This document shows, in pieces, positions 10,180-20,682 of a stretch of 64,000 nucleotides of DNA (positions are counted from its first letter, which is position 1; every line of letters starts with the position of its first letter). The stretch is from an uncultured Verrucomicrobiae bacterium (lineage in GTDB: Bacteria > Verrucomicrobiota > Verrucomicrobiia > Chthoniobacterales > JAFAMB01). The position numbers and the translations under genes were made by a program. The notes beneath the pieces were generated by a model. That model saw only the letters and a program-made list of their open reading frames with translations. It was not told the origin of the DNA and searched no databases. The DNA lies in contig CAWIPH010000002.1 in NCBI GenBank assembly GCA_963837955.1, positions 1-64,000 on the forward strand, written 5' to 3'.

Positions 10180-12040
10180 TTAACTTTGTGCTGAAACCTG
10201 GGAGGTGGATTGGCTGACTGAACTTTCCGAAACGTCGTTGAACTGAATCGTGGGCGTAAAAAACCCATCCGTTAAGGTTTGTAGGAAGAGGACGATCTGG
10301 TTCTCTTCGGCGTCGGTCAACCCAAGATGGCCAATCGTCTGGTCGACGTTTGCATTAACTTCTGGAAAAGGCCAGTAGTCGATCCCCTCTCTCTTTCCCG
10401 GTTGGCCGCCCGCTGGTAGGTGCACGCCTCCGTTCAGAGTGTCGCGCGTATTATAGAAGTGGACAAGAGCCTTCAGACTCTTGAAGTAGCCATTGTGCGC
10501 GTACGCCTTTACGAAACCGCCATACGGCCGCTTGTCTACGTTGCGACAGGTTGGGACCTGAACTTTGCCGTCGAATTGGGGTGCGAGTACCGCCCAGCCT
10601 GGGTTTGGGTTCTGCCCGGTACCTATACCTGGACCCGATTTCTCGCCAAGCGTCACCGCGAGGCTGACGTTGGCGAGGAAGGCGCCAACTCCTAAGTCAA
10701 GGTAGAATATTCCCGCTGCATTCGCGACATACCCGAACTGGTCCGGGTGATTCTCGAACAAAAACGGGAGAGCAAAATTCTGCGGCGTCCCAATGTTAGC
10801 CGAGGTGAAGTCGGTGAACAAAGGCGCTACATCTGCCGCATCCGCTGGTGTGACCGTGCCCGTGAGTTTCGGTTCCGTCCAAGTGGCAAGTATTACAATG
10901 ACCTTTAGTTCGGAACAGATTCCAACCCGCCAGTTCGTCCGCGGTTAACGTCGTTGCACCAAGGAGGGTTGGCCGGGCGAAATCAAACTTCGAGCTGAAG
11001 GGGACTAACCTCCGGCCCAGCCTCGTATGAAGATGTCGACACTGCGGCATGATCAAAGGCGGAAATTACAAGGTTTTGGTCCTCTTGAGACATCATAGCA
11101 AAGAACCGGATTCGGATTACCCCCGGAGGGCGGCGGACCGGGCTTCTTTGCTAATGTCGCGATGTTGGTTGGAAACTTAATAGTACTCAGCGATCCCTTA
11201 CCCCAGTACTCTTCAAAAAATGGCGCTTCCTTACTCTTCGAGATTTTGTACACATAAGTAGCAATATCAAGATTTCCCATCTCCACTGGGTTAGTCGGAG
11301 GTCCTTGCGCCTGCTCGGCAGCAGGATTCTGTAAGCGAATTCCCCCCGCTCGCATATCCCAGAAGTTGCCGCCGTAGAAATCGAACTGGGTATTGTTGAA
11401 GTGAAGGACAGGCGAAAAAGGTGCGTAAGCGTAAGTCTGCGGTCTTCGAGCACTTATTCGCTCGTTCGGCCCTGTAACGCCGCGCCGGCGTTGGTGATCG
11501 GAACGGATCCTGGGAGAGCCGAGGTCGTTGCATTGAAGAAACTCGAGCCTCCAGTGAAGCCCGCGTAGGGAATGTGGCAAGTCGCACAAGCTAGGTTGTT
11601 GTTAACCGATAGGCTTTGGTCGTAGATGAGCGCCTTACCCAGCGCTTGCGTGAACTGAGAAGAGCCAGGGGCGAGTCGCGGTCTCCAACTTGTTCAGCGC
11701 GTCCTGGAAATTCGCGTCTAATGCTTGGAAGGAGGAGGAAAGCCACGTCGACATCCTCATGCATTCCACCCGGGAGGTACTGTGCCATATTAAGTACCGG
11801 GACTGGTATTGCTACACCGCCCACCTGGACACCAGCCGCAGGCGAAGGCGACGGCGAAGCACTGGGATTCGGGTTCGGAGTGGGGGTGGGGAATGAGTTT
11901 GGAACCGGGGTGGGGCCCGGGGTGGCGGGCGGGGTGGGGCCCGGATTGAGCATTTGGGCGAAAGCGGTTGAACAGACGATCGACGTCCCTAGGACCGCTC
12001 CGCAAATAATGGTTAGCTTGATCGATTTGACTGGAGGCAT
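10180..12040 (-). CDS. Di-heme cytochrome c peroxidase family protein (bCcP/MauG superfamily) with signal peptide and Pro-rich linker; split by several frameshifts
   Basis: Two CxxCH (CATCH near 11590, CNTCH near 10895), GGNFWDMRA, EQAQGPPTNPVEMG, VQVPTCRNV, AYAHNGYF, FLQTLTDG across ORFs 11591-12040, 11053-11589, 10796-11056 and 10180-10821. Confidence 0.85.
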
Positions 12041-12354
12041 GTTGTTTACTCCTTTCCTCCGCGATTAACTGAATGAGTTGATCGGATCAGACGGAGAGCT
12101 ACGCGGCGGAGTAGCTATCCGCCCCCTGGCCGAAGACACACCATCCGCGCACGACGAAATCTACGAAATCACTCCTCCTGCCTGTAGATCGCGTCCCGGA
12201 TCTTACATTCCGAATCGTGAGAACGTGCGGTTTCTCTGTAGGTTCGGCTTTTGTTTACGGCGATCTAAACCCACTAACTGAGGCGTCCCTCTGGCTCTTA
12301 TCAGATAAGAGTCAGTGGTCTCAATTCTGAGTCCAATCGCCGCAGTAAAGAAAT

Positions 12355-12424
12355 TTGAATCTGTTTTCCGGTTGAATCTCTCTCCGGATTCTAAATAGAC
12401 GACAACTTTGAATCTCTTTTCCGG
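12355..12424. repeat. Three imperfect direct repeats TTGAATCT(N4-5)CCGG upstream of the peroxidase gene
   Basis: 12355 TTGAATCTGTTTTCCGG, 12372 TTGAATCTCTCTCCGG, 12408 TTGAATCTCTTTTCCGG. Confidence 0.7.
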
Positions 12425-12741
12425 ACTATTTTAGACTAGACAACAACGTTTGGAGCTTCGCTACCCTCCTGCAAAACCGCGAAGTATTCGGGCAAATTAC
12501 TACTCTCCCGACAAACTATAACCCATATCAGAGGCGCTTCTCTTTGGCAACTAGAATTATGGATATTGATACAAATCGCCTCCGCTAGGCGATGCTGCAG
12601 TTCTCACGTTTGGTTCAGCGGTATTCATGACCTCGATCGAAATCAAGCCAGACTCGCAAGCGTGGATGGTCTGAGAGTGCAACCCAGCAGCTAGCGAAGA
12701 GCCTTAAACAGAAGGCAGCAAAGTTAACAAAAGATTCAGGC

Positions 12742-12835
12742 CCTCCGTTTCCTCCTTCTGTTCAAACGATTTGCAAGGGTGGATTGGCCATTGGCCTCAA
12801 AACCAATTGAACAGAAGGTAACGGAGGAAACAGAG
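12742..12835. repeat. Inverted-repeat interspersed element (TTGAACAGAAGG type)
   Basis: CCTCCGTTTCCTCCTTCTGTTCAA ... TTGAACAGAAGGTAACGGAGG; a related half copy lies near 49422. Confidence 0.6.
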
Positions 12836-12904
12836 ATGGGAAAACTGGCACAAAAAAGAGGAAGGGGATTATCGACTGCCAGGTCGATTACCACCGGATG
12901 CACT

Positions 12905-13035
12905 TCACGCCTTGATCGGTATCTATCCCTCGATACCGCCCGTTCCAGTTTGCGGGTCGAAATCTTCGCCGTAACGCTCGAAGCCCGGTGTGTCGGCAGC
13001 GAGTTCATGACCCGAGTTCGGGAGGCGGAATTCGC
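12905..13035 (-). pseudogene. C-terminal remnant of a GyrI-like effector-binding protein
   Basis: Reads LPNSGHELAADTPGFERYGEDFDPQTGTGGIEG*IPIKA*, the GyrI-like C-terminus with the conserved W changed to a stop. Confidence 0.65.
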
Positions 13036-13074
13036 GTCTCTATGAGCACGATTGCCCCCGAAACAGCCTGGTGA

Positions 13075-14634
13075 TCAATGCGCCACCGCGCCTTCCTTCG
13101 CTCTTGCCTTCTGACAAACCCAGACTAGTGCCGCGCCGATAAGCAGAGATATTCCGACAATCAGGAAAGCGTCATCAAAGGCCATAATGTAGGCTTCGCG
13201 CCTGACAATATTCTTGATTTGGCCGTAGGCTTGATGCGTCGCAGTTACGGCATCATAGCCTTTGTTGACAAAAGTAGCGGTAAGAGCCCGTACCCGCTCC
13301 TGCACGACCGGACGATACGCATTGATGTACGCGCCGATCTCGAAATCGTGGAATTGCTCGCGTCGAGTGACGATTGTGTCGAGCATAGCCGTGCCGACGC
13401 TTCCGCCAAGGTTGCGCGCGATGTTGAAAACGGCAGAGCCGTCCCCAGCATCTTTCGGCTGCAATATAGATGTGGCTAACGCGGAAAGGGGCACAATGGT
13501 AAATGGCTGACCCAGCGCCCGTACGATGTTTGAAACCACAAATTGGTCGCCTGCGTAATCGTGCGACATCGAGGTGTTCATCCAACAGCTTGCGGCAAAA
13601 ATGAGGGTACCGAAACAAACCAGCGCTCGCAGGTCCAATTGTTTCATCAAACGAGGTACGAACGGAAAGATCAGGAGCTGAGGAAGACCGACCCAGATCA
13701 TCGCTTGGCCCGTTTGGAAGGCATCATAGCCCTGGACGATGGTCAAGTACTGCGGCAGGAGATAAACCGTCCCATACAACGCTGAGCCCAAGAAGAAATT
13801 TGTGGCGGAGGCGATTCCCAGGTTGCGTTGGGCCAGTAGGCGGAGGTTGACAAAAGGCTTCTTGCGCGACAGTTCAATGATAATAAAGGCCGGGATAAAG
13901 ATCGCCGCCAAAAGGGCACAGCGTTGGATGAATACGCTGCCCAGCCAATCGTCGCGCTGACCTTCCTCCAACATTGCGATCAGCGATCCGAGTCCGATCG
14001 CCATGCAGCCGATGCCCAGCCAGTCGCCTTCACGCAATTGGTAAAGCTGCATGGGTGCGGATCTAATCGCAAAGACGATGGAGCCAATCATGAGGGCGCC
14101 CGGAATCAGGTTGATGTAGAACACCCATTGCCATCCGTAATTGTCAGTTAACCATCCGCCGACTGTCGGGCCCAGAGCCGGCCCAAGGGTCGCCGTCATT
14201 CCGAAAAGAGCCAGTCCAAGCGGCCGCTTACTTTTGGGAAGGGTGGAAAGCGCAACGGTTAGCGCCATCGGAATCATGACACCGCCGGTAAAGCCCTGAC
14301 AGGCGCGAAACGCAATCATTTCGCCGAGGCTACGAGCTGTGCCGCAAAGACAAGAGAAAATCAGAAACAGCGCCACGTTAACAATCAGGTACCAACGCAC
14401 GCTGAAAACCCGGGATAACCAAGCCGTAAGCGGGATGGTAATGATTTCACCGATCAAGTAGCTGGTTGAGACCCAGGAACCCTCATCTTGAGTGGCCGCG
14501 ATCCCGCCGGTAATATCTCTCAGGGAAGAGTTGGTAATCTGGATATCAAGCACCGCCATGAAAGCGCCGAGCATGGTGCCCAGCACTCCCACCCAGGTCC
14601 GAAAATCGACCGGTTTTTCTTCAATGTTAGGCAT
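13075..14634 (-). CDS. emrB: DHA2-family MFS efflux permease (EmrB/QacA)
   Basis: GAFMAVLDIQITN, WVSTSYLIGE, GPALGPTVGGWLTD, ARNLGGSVG; 14-TMS-like hydrophobicity. Confidence 0.93.
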   Translation of the reverse strand: MPNIEEKPVDFRTWVGVLGTMLGAFMAVLDIQITNSSLRDITGGIAATQDEGSWVSTSYLIGEIITIPLTAWLSRVFSVRWYLIVNVALFLIFSCLCGTARSLGEMIAFRACQGFTGGVMIPMALTVALSTLPKSKRPLGLALFGMTATLGPALGPTVGGWLTDNYGWQWVFYINLIPGALMIGSIVFAIRSAPMQLYQLREGDWLGIGCMAIGLGSLIAMLEEGQRDDWLGSVFIQRCALLAAIFIPAFIIIELSRKKPFVNLRLLAQRNLGIASATNFFLGSALYGTVYLLPQYLTIVQGYDAFQTGQAMIWVGLPQLLIFPFVPRLMKQLDLRALVCFGTLIFAASCWMNTSMSHDYAGDQFVVSNIVRALGQPFTIVPLSALATSILQPKDAGDGSAVFNIARNLGGSVGTAMLDTIVTRREQFHDFEIGAYINAYRPVVQERVRALTATFVNKGYDAVTATHQAYGQIKNIVRREAYIMAFDDAFLIVGISLLIGAALVWVCQKARAKEGAVAH

Positions 14635-14692
14635 ATCGTGTCACTCCTTTGCGCAAGTTTTTTTGCCGTTCATTCCTCTCTACGGATCATGC

Positions 14693-15865
14693 TCACTGCT
14701 TTACCCGAATCTTGGGGTCAACCGAGAGACCTGGCACAATCAGTTGCTCGTACCCTCGAATGCTGGCTCGATCGAAGAGGATTTTGACGGGAACCCGCTG
14801 CACGATTTTCGTGAAATTCCCCGTTGCGTTATCCGGAGGCAGCAGGGCAAATACCGCGCCTGTTCCGGATTGGAAGCTGTCGACCTTACCGATGAATTTA
14901 TGATTGGGAAGAGCGTCCACGCTGACCTCGACCGGCTGGCCGGGCCGAATCCGACCCAATTGGGTTTCTTTGAAGTTGGCCACGACCCAATCGTCAGGTT
15001 CCGATATAGAGAGCCCGGTTTGTCCCGATTGGACACGTTGGCCAGTCTCGAAGGTCTTTTGTGCTACCCGCCCCTCGGTGGATGCGTACACGGTCGTGTA
15101 GGAGAGCTGTAGCTCGGCATTCTGTACTTGGGCAGAGGCGACTTCGACTTGGGCCGCCGCGGCTTTTTCCTGAGCCTTCGCCGTTTGAACATTAGCTTCC
15201 GCGACGTTCACGGCTGCCACGGTAGCGTTGTAAGTGGCTTCGTTGCCCTCAGCCTGGTATTGGGAGTTGTCCAGATCCTGTTTTGAGATCACTCCCTTGC
15301 CTTGATAAAACAGTTGATAGTTTCGTTGGAAATTCCGTTGGGAATTGATGTTTTGAGCCTTGGCAGCGTCCGCCTGTGCTCGGGCTTGTTGTAGCTGAGC
15401 ATCGGTCTGGATCAGTTGTGCCTGACTTTGCCCGAGTTGAGCTTTGGCCTGTTCGAGGCTCGCTTTGGCTTGCGCCAGCGCCACTTGGAAGTCTTTAGGA
15501 TCTAGCTTAGCAATCGGTTGTCCCTGTTTGACCAACTGGTTGTCGTCCACCAGAACGTCGGAGATGGTTCCAGCGACCCGAAAACTCACCGGATGTTCGT
15601 GACCTGTGACATAGGCGTCGTCGGTTTCTTCGAATTGGCTGGAATAGAGCCAGTACGAAACCCCGGCAATCACCCCTAGGATGATGACTGGTAGCGCCAG
15701 CCAGCGAACCCGCGACTTTTTGCCTTTTGCCGGGGGATTGGTGATCGGCTCTCTGGTGGTAGTTGGTTCTTCGGCTTTAACCCGGTTTGGGTATTCCAGG
15801 GTTGATCCATTGGTTGAAGCACTCATATAATTCTTCCCGCTTTCTGGTGGCTTCAATTGGTTCAT
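14693..15865 (-). CDS. emrA: HlyD/EmrA membrane fusion protein
   Basis: ETDDAYV, long helical hairpin, VVANFKETQL, LLPPDNATGNFTKIVQRVPV. Confidence 0.93.
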   Translation of the reverse strand: MNQLKPPESGKNYMSASTNGSTLEYPNRVKAEEPTTTREPITNPPAKGKKSRVRWLALPVIILGVIAGVSYWLYSSQFEETDDAYVTGHEHPVSFRVAGTISDVLVDDNQLVKQGQPIAKLDPKDFQVALAQAKASLEQAKAQLGQSQAQLIQTDAQLQQARAQADAAKAQNINSQRNFQRNYQLFYQGKGVISKQDLDNSQYQAEGNEATYNATVAAVNVAEANVQTAKAQEKAAAAQVEVASAQVQNAELQLSYTTVYASTEGRVAQKTFETGQRVQSGQTGLSISEPDDWVVANFKETQLGRIRPGQPVEVSVDALPNHKFIGKVDSFQSGTGAVFALLPPDNATGNFTKIVQRVPVKILFDRASIRGYEQLIVPGLSVDPKIRVKQ

Positions 15866-15935
15866 CGCAATTGAAGCTCGACCGAAGCAAACCTCATGGT
15901 GAGGTACGCGAGGATTACTTAGTTCTTGTCGCAGC

Positions 15936-15952
15936 GATAAGCAGGGGCTATC
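15936..15952. promoter_or_regulatory. Putative LysR T-N11-A box in the divergent emrA/lysR promoter
   Basis: GATAAGCAGGGGCTATC: GATA...TATC dyad containing T-N11-A, 17 bp before the lysR ATG. Confidence 0.55.
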
Positions 15953-15969
15953 ACCCAGAGGTACTAGCT

Positions 15970-16878
15970 ATGGAGTTGCGTCACATCCGCTACTTTGTGG
16001 CCGCGGCCGAGGAACTGAGCCTCCGCCGGGCAGCCCACCGGCTCCATGTCTCTCAGCCTGCGTTGAGCCTGCAGATTAGTGACCTGGAAGATGAACTCGG
16101 TCACAAGCTTTTCGAAAGGAATTCACGGGGGGTCGAGCTCACTGAAGCCGGACGCGCTTTTCTTCTGGGAGGGCGGCGAGTGCTGGCGGCCACCAAACAG
16201 GCGATCGCACAAGCGCAAGAGGCTGCGAACGGAGAAAGAGGTAGGCTCGTGATCGGCGGCATCGGTCCCCTGACAAGTTCATTTTTGCCGGTTGCCCTAG
16301 CCCGATTCCGTGAGCAGCGCCCGTTGGTTGAGGTCACCGTTCTACACATGAACAACCGCGCTCAGGTCGAAGCGGTGTTGAACGGTTCGATCATGTTGGG
16401 TATTGGATTCTTCGACTCGGCGGTAGACGAAGATGAGCATGAGCAGTTATGTACTCGACTGCTGCTTCGTTCGCCGGTCGGAATTGGCTGCTCGAAACAT
16501 CGCCGGTTTCCAAAACGAGCGGCACCGAAACTCCGAGACTTTCGTCACGACAAATTCATATCGTTCGATCCCGAGTATGGATATGGGCACGAGCAATGGG
16601 TCCGCGGGTTTTGCCAGCGAGTCGGCAAGTTTGAGCCTGAGATCGGAGCCTTAGCCAACTCGCCCGACAGTCTGGTCAGCATGGTAGCAGCTGGGCGCGG
16701 AGTTTTTGTAGGTCCGCAAATTGGTGTTGAAGGCCGAACTGCAGCGATTGACTTTTATCCGTTAACTGAAGCAGAGATTCAGTTCGAACTGTTCGCGATT
16801 TGGAAAAAACAACCCGAAGTGGTGCCGACTATCTCCAAGTTCATCGAACTTCTGCAAGAGGCGACAAAGCCTGTCTGA
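15970..16878 (+). CDS. LysR-family transcriptional regulator
   Basis: MELRHIRYFVAAAEELSLRRAAHRLHVSQPALSLQISDLEDELG HTH; divergent from emrAB. Confidence 0.93.
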   Translation: MELRHIRYFVAAAEELSLRRAAHRLHVSQPALSLQISDLEDELGHKLFERNSRGVELTEAGRAFLLGGRRVLAATKQAIAQAQEAANGERGRLVIGGIGPLTSSFLPVALARFREQRPLVEVTVLHMNNRAQVEAVLNGSIMLGIGFFDSAVDEDEHEQLCTRLLLRSPVGIGCSKHRRFPKRAAPKLRDFRHDKFISFDPEYGYGHEQWVRGFCQRVGKFEPEIGALANSPDSLVSMVAAGRGVFVGPQIGVEGRTAAIDFYPLTEAEIQFELFAIWKKQPEVVPTISKFIELLQEATKPV

Positions 16879-17050
16879 GATTTTAGCGCGTCGACAGACC
16901 TCTTCTAGTTCGGAGCCGTTCTTGGCAGAACGATAGTTTGCGTTCGAAAGGGCAACCAGATGAGCGGGAAAAATGGACTACGATTCAAAATGCAGCAGTC
17001 TACGATTTACCCGCAATCGCCAATCATTTTGCGCTAGTTTGGGCGCCACT

Positions 17051-17455
17051 ATGAACTCTCAACCTGCCAAGATCTCCCCCAATTTCATCGTTCCAGATGT
17101 GGTCGCCACGGCAAAGTACTACTGCGACGTCCTCGGGTTTACCTCAGTACGCTACGACGGTGACCCTCCCGTATTTGCGCTCGTGGAGTGGGGCGATGTT
17201 TCTATCATGTTTAAGAGTTATCCCGGTGTGAACGTGGCTCTTTCCAACCAGAAGGTGCACGAAGACGTCGGTTGGGATGCATATTTATGGGTTACGGATG
17301 CCCGGCGCGCGTGCGAGGAAATTCGAGGGCGTGGTGGACGAATCATGCGCGAAATTGAGGAGACTTACTATGGCTGTTTGGAGTTTGAAATCGAAGACCT
17401 CAACGGCCTCCTGCTTTGCTTCGGCGAGGAACTAGCGCCCGATCCCTCGCACTAA
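17051..17455 (+). CDS. VOC/glyoxalase/bleomycin-resistance family protein
   Basis: ISPNFIVPDV..TAKYYCDVLGF and YYGCLEFEIEDLNGLLLCFG. Confidence 0.85.
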   Translation: MNSQPAKISPNFIVPDVVATAKYYCDVLGFTSVRYDGDPPVFALVEWGDVSIMFKSYPGVNVALSNQKVHEDVGWDAYLWVTDARRACEEIRGRGGRIMREIEETYYGCLEFEIEDLNGLLLCFGEELAPDPSH

Positions 17456-17526
17456 TCACATCTCACCTATCACCTGTCCGTTACCTGAGCGCTGTGCCGG
17501 AACTCCAGGCTGATAACAAAAAACTG

Positions 17527-17568
17527 CAGAGCGGAGGGATGGTTCTTGATGAATGCCCCTCCGCTCTG
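17527..17568. terminator. Strong hairpin between convergent genes (possible terminator)
   Basis: CAGAGCGGAGGG / CCCTCCGCTCTG 12-bp stem; the A-run at 17518-17523 gives a U-tract on the minus strand. Confidence 0.55.
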
Positions 17569-17574
17569 AACGGC

Positions 17575-18324
17575 CTACACCTGGGCTAAGCCGCCATCCA
17601 CAAACAATTCCGTTCCGGTGATGTAGCTGCTGTCGTCGGATGCGAGAAACACCACGGCCTTGGCGATCTCATCGGGTGTACCGAGCCTGCCAAGCGGAAC
17701 AGTGTTGGAAATCATCTTCAAGCGTTCCTGGCCGATTTCCCCGGAAGCGAGCAGATTACTAAGTCCGGGCGTGTCGGTGGAGCCCGGGCTCACCGCGTTC
17801 ACGCGAATGCGGCGGGCCTTTAAGTCCGTTGTCCATGTCCGCGCGAATGAACGCACGGCGGCTTTGGTGGCGCTATAAACACTATTCGACGAGAACCCTT
17901 TGCTGGCGACGATGGACGCATTCAGAATGACAGAGGCACCATCCGGCAGCAACGGAAGCGCCTTCTGCACCGTGAAAAGGAGGCCTTTTACATTGATGTC
18001 GAAGATCGAATCATAGAAATCCTCAGTTATCGTGCCAAAGGGGGCAAACGTCGCGACACCGGCATTCGCGAACACAATATCGAGCTTGCCCTTCTCCTGC
18101 TTGATCTGGGCGAAGAGGCGATCAAGATCGCCAAGGTTCGACACGTCGCCTTGTACGCCGGTCACATTTCTCCCGATCTCCTTGACGGCCGCAGCCAACT
18201 CCGGATCGCGGCGCCCCGTTATGAAGACGTACGCGCCTTCGTTCACAAACTGCTTCGCCGTGGCGAGGCCAATGCCGCTGTTGCCACCCGTGATGAGGGC
18301 AATTTTTCCTTCAAGCTTATTCAT
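17575..18324 (-). CDS. Short-chain dehydrogenase/reductase (SDR), copy 2
   Basis: [33 protein letters not shown]. Confidence 0.93.
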   Translation of the reverse strand: MNKLEGKIALITGGNSGIGLATAKQFVNEGAYVFITGRRDPELAAAVKEIGRNVTGVQGDVSNLGDLDRLFAQIKQEKGKLDIVFANAGVATFAPFGTITEDFYDSIFDINVKGLLFTVQKALPLLPDGASVILNASIVASKGFSSNSVYSATKAAVRSFARTWTTDLKARRIRVNAVSPGSTDTPGLSNLLASGEIGQERLKMISNTVPLGRLGTPDEIAKAVVFLASDDSSYITGTELFVDGGLAQV

Positions 18325-18349
18325 CTATTTCTCTTTAGTTGTCGTTTAG

Positions 18350-18452
18350 TCGCTAGCCTCGTAGACCTTTTCTGGCTTCGCTCATGGAATCATCGCAGGG
18401 GGTCGGCGATGAGCAGGGCGGGGCGGTCTGGGGCATAGCTGGTCGTTGTCAT
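18350..18452 (-). pseudogene. 5' remnant of an isochorismatase-family cysteine hydrolase
   Basis: MTTTSYAPDRPALLIADP then, after slips, (C)DDSMSEARKVYEA, resembling the TALLIVDPYNDFMSEGGKLYE N-terminus. Confidence 0.5.
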
Positions 18453-18482
18453 GGGTTGTCCCAAATCGTTGCCACGCCAAAG

Positions 18483-19220
18483 TCAGATTTGCGCAACACC
18501 GCCATCCACAAACAATTCCGTTCCGGCGATGTAGCTGCTATCGCCGGATGCGAGAAACACCACGGCATTCGCGACCTCATCGGGTGTGCCGAATCTGCCG
18601 AGCGGAACACTGTTGGAAATGATCTTCATGCGTTCCTCGGCCCCCTCTATGGCATGCCACGGCGGCGTGTCGGTGAAGCCGGGGCTCACCGCGTTCACCC
18701 GAATGCGACGAGCCTTCAGGTCTGCTGTCCAGGTCCGCGCGAACGAACGAACAGCGGCTTTTGTGGCGCTATAGCCACTCCACTCGGAAAACCCTTTGCT
18801 GGCGACGATGGACGCATTCAGGATGATCGACCCACCATCCGGCATTAGCGGAAGTGCCTTTTGTACCGTGAAAAGGAGGCCTTTCACGTTGCTGTTAAAG
18901 AGCGAGTCGTAATCCTCCTCAGTTATCTTCCCCAAGGGCGCGAGCTTCGCAAAACCGGCATTGGCGAACACCACATCGAGCCTGCCCTTCTCCTGTTTGA
19001 TTTGTGCGAAGAGTCGATCAAGATCGCCAAGGTTCGAGACGTCGCCTTGTACGCCGGTCACATTTTTTCCGATCTCCTTAACGGCCGCAGCCAATTCCGG
19101 ATCACGACGCCCCGTGATGAAGACGTATGCGCCTTCGTTCACAAACTGCTTCGCGGTGGCGAGGCCGATGCCGCTGTTGCCACCAGTAATCAGTGCAATT
19201 TTTCCTTCAAGCTTGTTCAT
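18483..19220 (-). CDS. Short-chain dehydrogenase/reductase (SDR), copy 1
   Basis: Same motifs; N-terminal ~85 aa almost identical to copy 2. Confidence 0.93.
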   Translation of the reverse strand: MNKLEGKIALITGGNSGIGLATAKQFVNEGAYVFITGRRDPELAAAVKEIGKNVTGVQGDVSNLGDLDRLFAQIKQEKGRLDVVFANAGFAKLAPLGKITEEDYDSLFNSNVKGLLFTVQKALPLMPDGGSIILNASIVASKGFSEWSGYSATKAAVRSFARTWTADLKARRIRVNAVSPGFTDTPPWHAIEGAEERMKIISNSVPLGRFGTPDEVANAVVFLASGDSSYIAGTELFVDGGVAQI

Positions 19221-19247
19221 GTATTCTTCTCTTCTCATCAAAGGCTG

Positions 19248-20219
19248 TCAGATTGTGAGGACGACCCTGCCGAAGGGGCGGCCCTCAACCAGGTAACGCA
19301 GAGCATCGGCCGCTTCGGCCAGTGGCAAGACCTTAGCCACGATCGGTTTGATCGCGCCGGATTGAAGCAGGGGGACGATAGTATTCCAGGCGTCAGCCCA
19401 GGCCGCCTGTGGCTGAGTGAACATTACGAAGCTCTTGATGCTGGCCCGTTGCCAGATCAGATTTGTGACGTCAATGGTTGCCTTGCGGCCTCCCGCATAA
19501 CCCAGCGTTGTGAGGCTTCCGCCCAACGCAAGCGCTCCGAGCGCCTCGCTCAACACTTCACCACCGACGCCGTCGATCACAATGTCTGCGCCGTAACCGC
19601 CTGTGATACGACGCACGCCGTCACCGAGCTTCTCGCAAGAGAGATCAATGACCTCATTGAATCCGAGCGCCTTCGCTTGCTCGGCTTTTGCATGATTGGT
19701 CGTGCTTGAGATGGCGTGTTTTGCGCCCAAGGCACGCGCCAATTGTGTCACCGCGTTGCCGACCGATCCTCCGATCGCCGGCGCCAGCACGGTTTTGCCG
19801 GCTTGAAAACCAGCGAGGTTGAGAGCCATCTGTGCGGTGAGATACGCGACCGGAATACCGGCGGCGCTCACGTCGTCGATACCCTCAGGTATCAGGCAAA
19901 GGCTTTCCTTCCGTACGGCAAGCCACTCACTGTAGGCTCCATCCTCAAAAACGCCATACGGCCCAGTGAACATCACCCGTGAACCAACAGGAAAGTCCGT
20001 TCCGTCTCCCTCCTCCACCACGCCCGCTCCTTCGTTGCCTAGGATCAGCGGCGCCTTGGCGAAGGGGAATTGGCCGGAGAGAATCGTATGGTCGAGGGGT
20101 GTGACGCCGGCTGCAGTCATTCGCAGCAATATTTTTCCGTCCGAGACCGTTGGTTTTGGAAGATCTACGAGCTTCAATCGTTCATAACCACTGAATTTTT
20201 CCGCTCTCATTGCGCGCAT
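19248..20219 (-). CDS. NADPH:quinone oxidoreductase / zinc-independent MDR-family protein
   Basis: PLILGNEGAGVV, AAGIPVAYLTA, A..GSVG, GRPFGRVVL. Confidence 0.88.
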   Translation of the reverse strand: MRAMRAEKFSGYERLKLVDLPKPTVSDGKILLRMTAAGVTPLDHTILSGQFPFAKAPLILGNEGAGVVEEGDGTDFPVGSRVMFTGPYGVFEDGAYSEWLAVRKESLCLIPEGIDDVSAAGIPVAYLTAQMALNLAGFQAGKTVLAPAIGGSVGNAVTQLARALGAKHAISSTTNHAKAEQAKALGFNEVIDLSCEKLGDGVRRITGGYGADIVIDGVGGEVLSEALGALALGGSLTTLGYAGGRKATIDVTNLIWQRASIKSFVMFTQPQAAWADAWNTIVPLLQSGAIKPIVAKVLPLAEAADALRYLVEGRPFGRVVLTI

Positions 20220-20298
20220 ATTAGTTCTCCTGTTTTTTGTCGGATGTATTAAGGTTTAGCTGCGCGGGCCGCTGTCGCCGCTCATTGGCACCGGGAAG

Positions 20299-20682
20299 TC
20301 ACCGCTTCGGCGAGATCTTCCCCGCAAACGTCTGGGTCACGATCTTTCCGTTCTGCACAATGAAGGTGTCGGTGGCGACTTCGAAGCGGTTGTCCGCCGT
20401 CTCGGCCTTCCACACGATGTAGGCCGTGTCGCCGTCGACCTCCTGTTGGAGCATATCGAAGGACATCCCTGGCTTCGCGAACTCCTCGAACAACTTCACG
20501 AAGAATCTCCGAATTGCCTCGGGGCCGCGCAACAGGCCATCCGGGGTGAAGAACCTCGACTCGGCGGTGTAGTCGGCCATGGTGCCGGCGATGTCGCCGA
20601 AGGAGTTCAGGTGGTGTGCGAGTACATTCTGGGTCGTCGCGGCGACGCCGTCTTTCTGTTCCGGGTTCACGTCGGTTCTCAT
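20299..20682 (-). CDS. SnoaL/NTF2-like protein
   Basis: TTQNVLAHHL..FGDI..TMADY, G.EAIR.FF, ATDTFIV.NGKI..QT. Confidence 0.8.
   Translation of the reverse strand: MRTDVNPEQKDGVAATTQNVLAHHLNSFGDIAGTMADYTAESRFFTPDGLLRGPEAIRRFFVKLFEEFAKPGMSFDMLQQEVDGDTAYIVWKAETADNRFEVATDTFIVQNGKIVTQTFAGKISPKR

Noticed and set aside
12736..13045. ORFs 12736-13008 (-) and 12779-13045 (+)
   Set aside because: They overlap an inverted repeat element and a GyrI-like remnant in another frame.
18861..19709. Long antisense ORFs (for example 18861-19709, 41273-42115, 14492-15112)
   Set aside because: Shadow frames opposite well-supported genes, with no motifs of their own.
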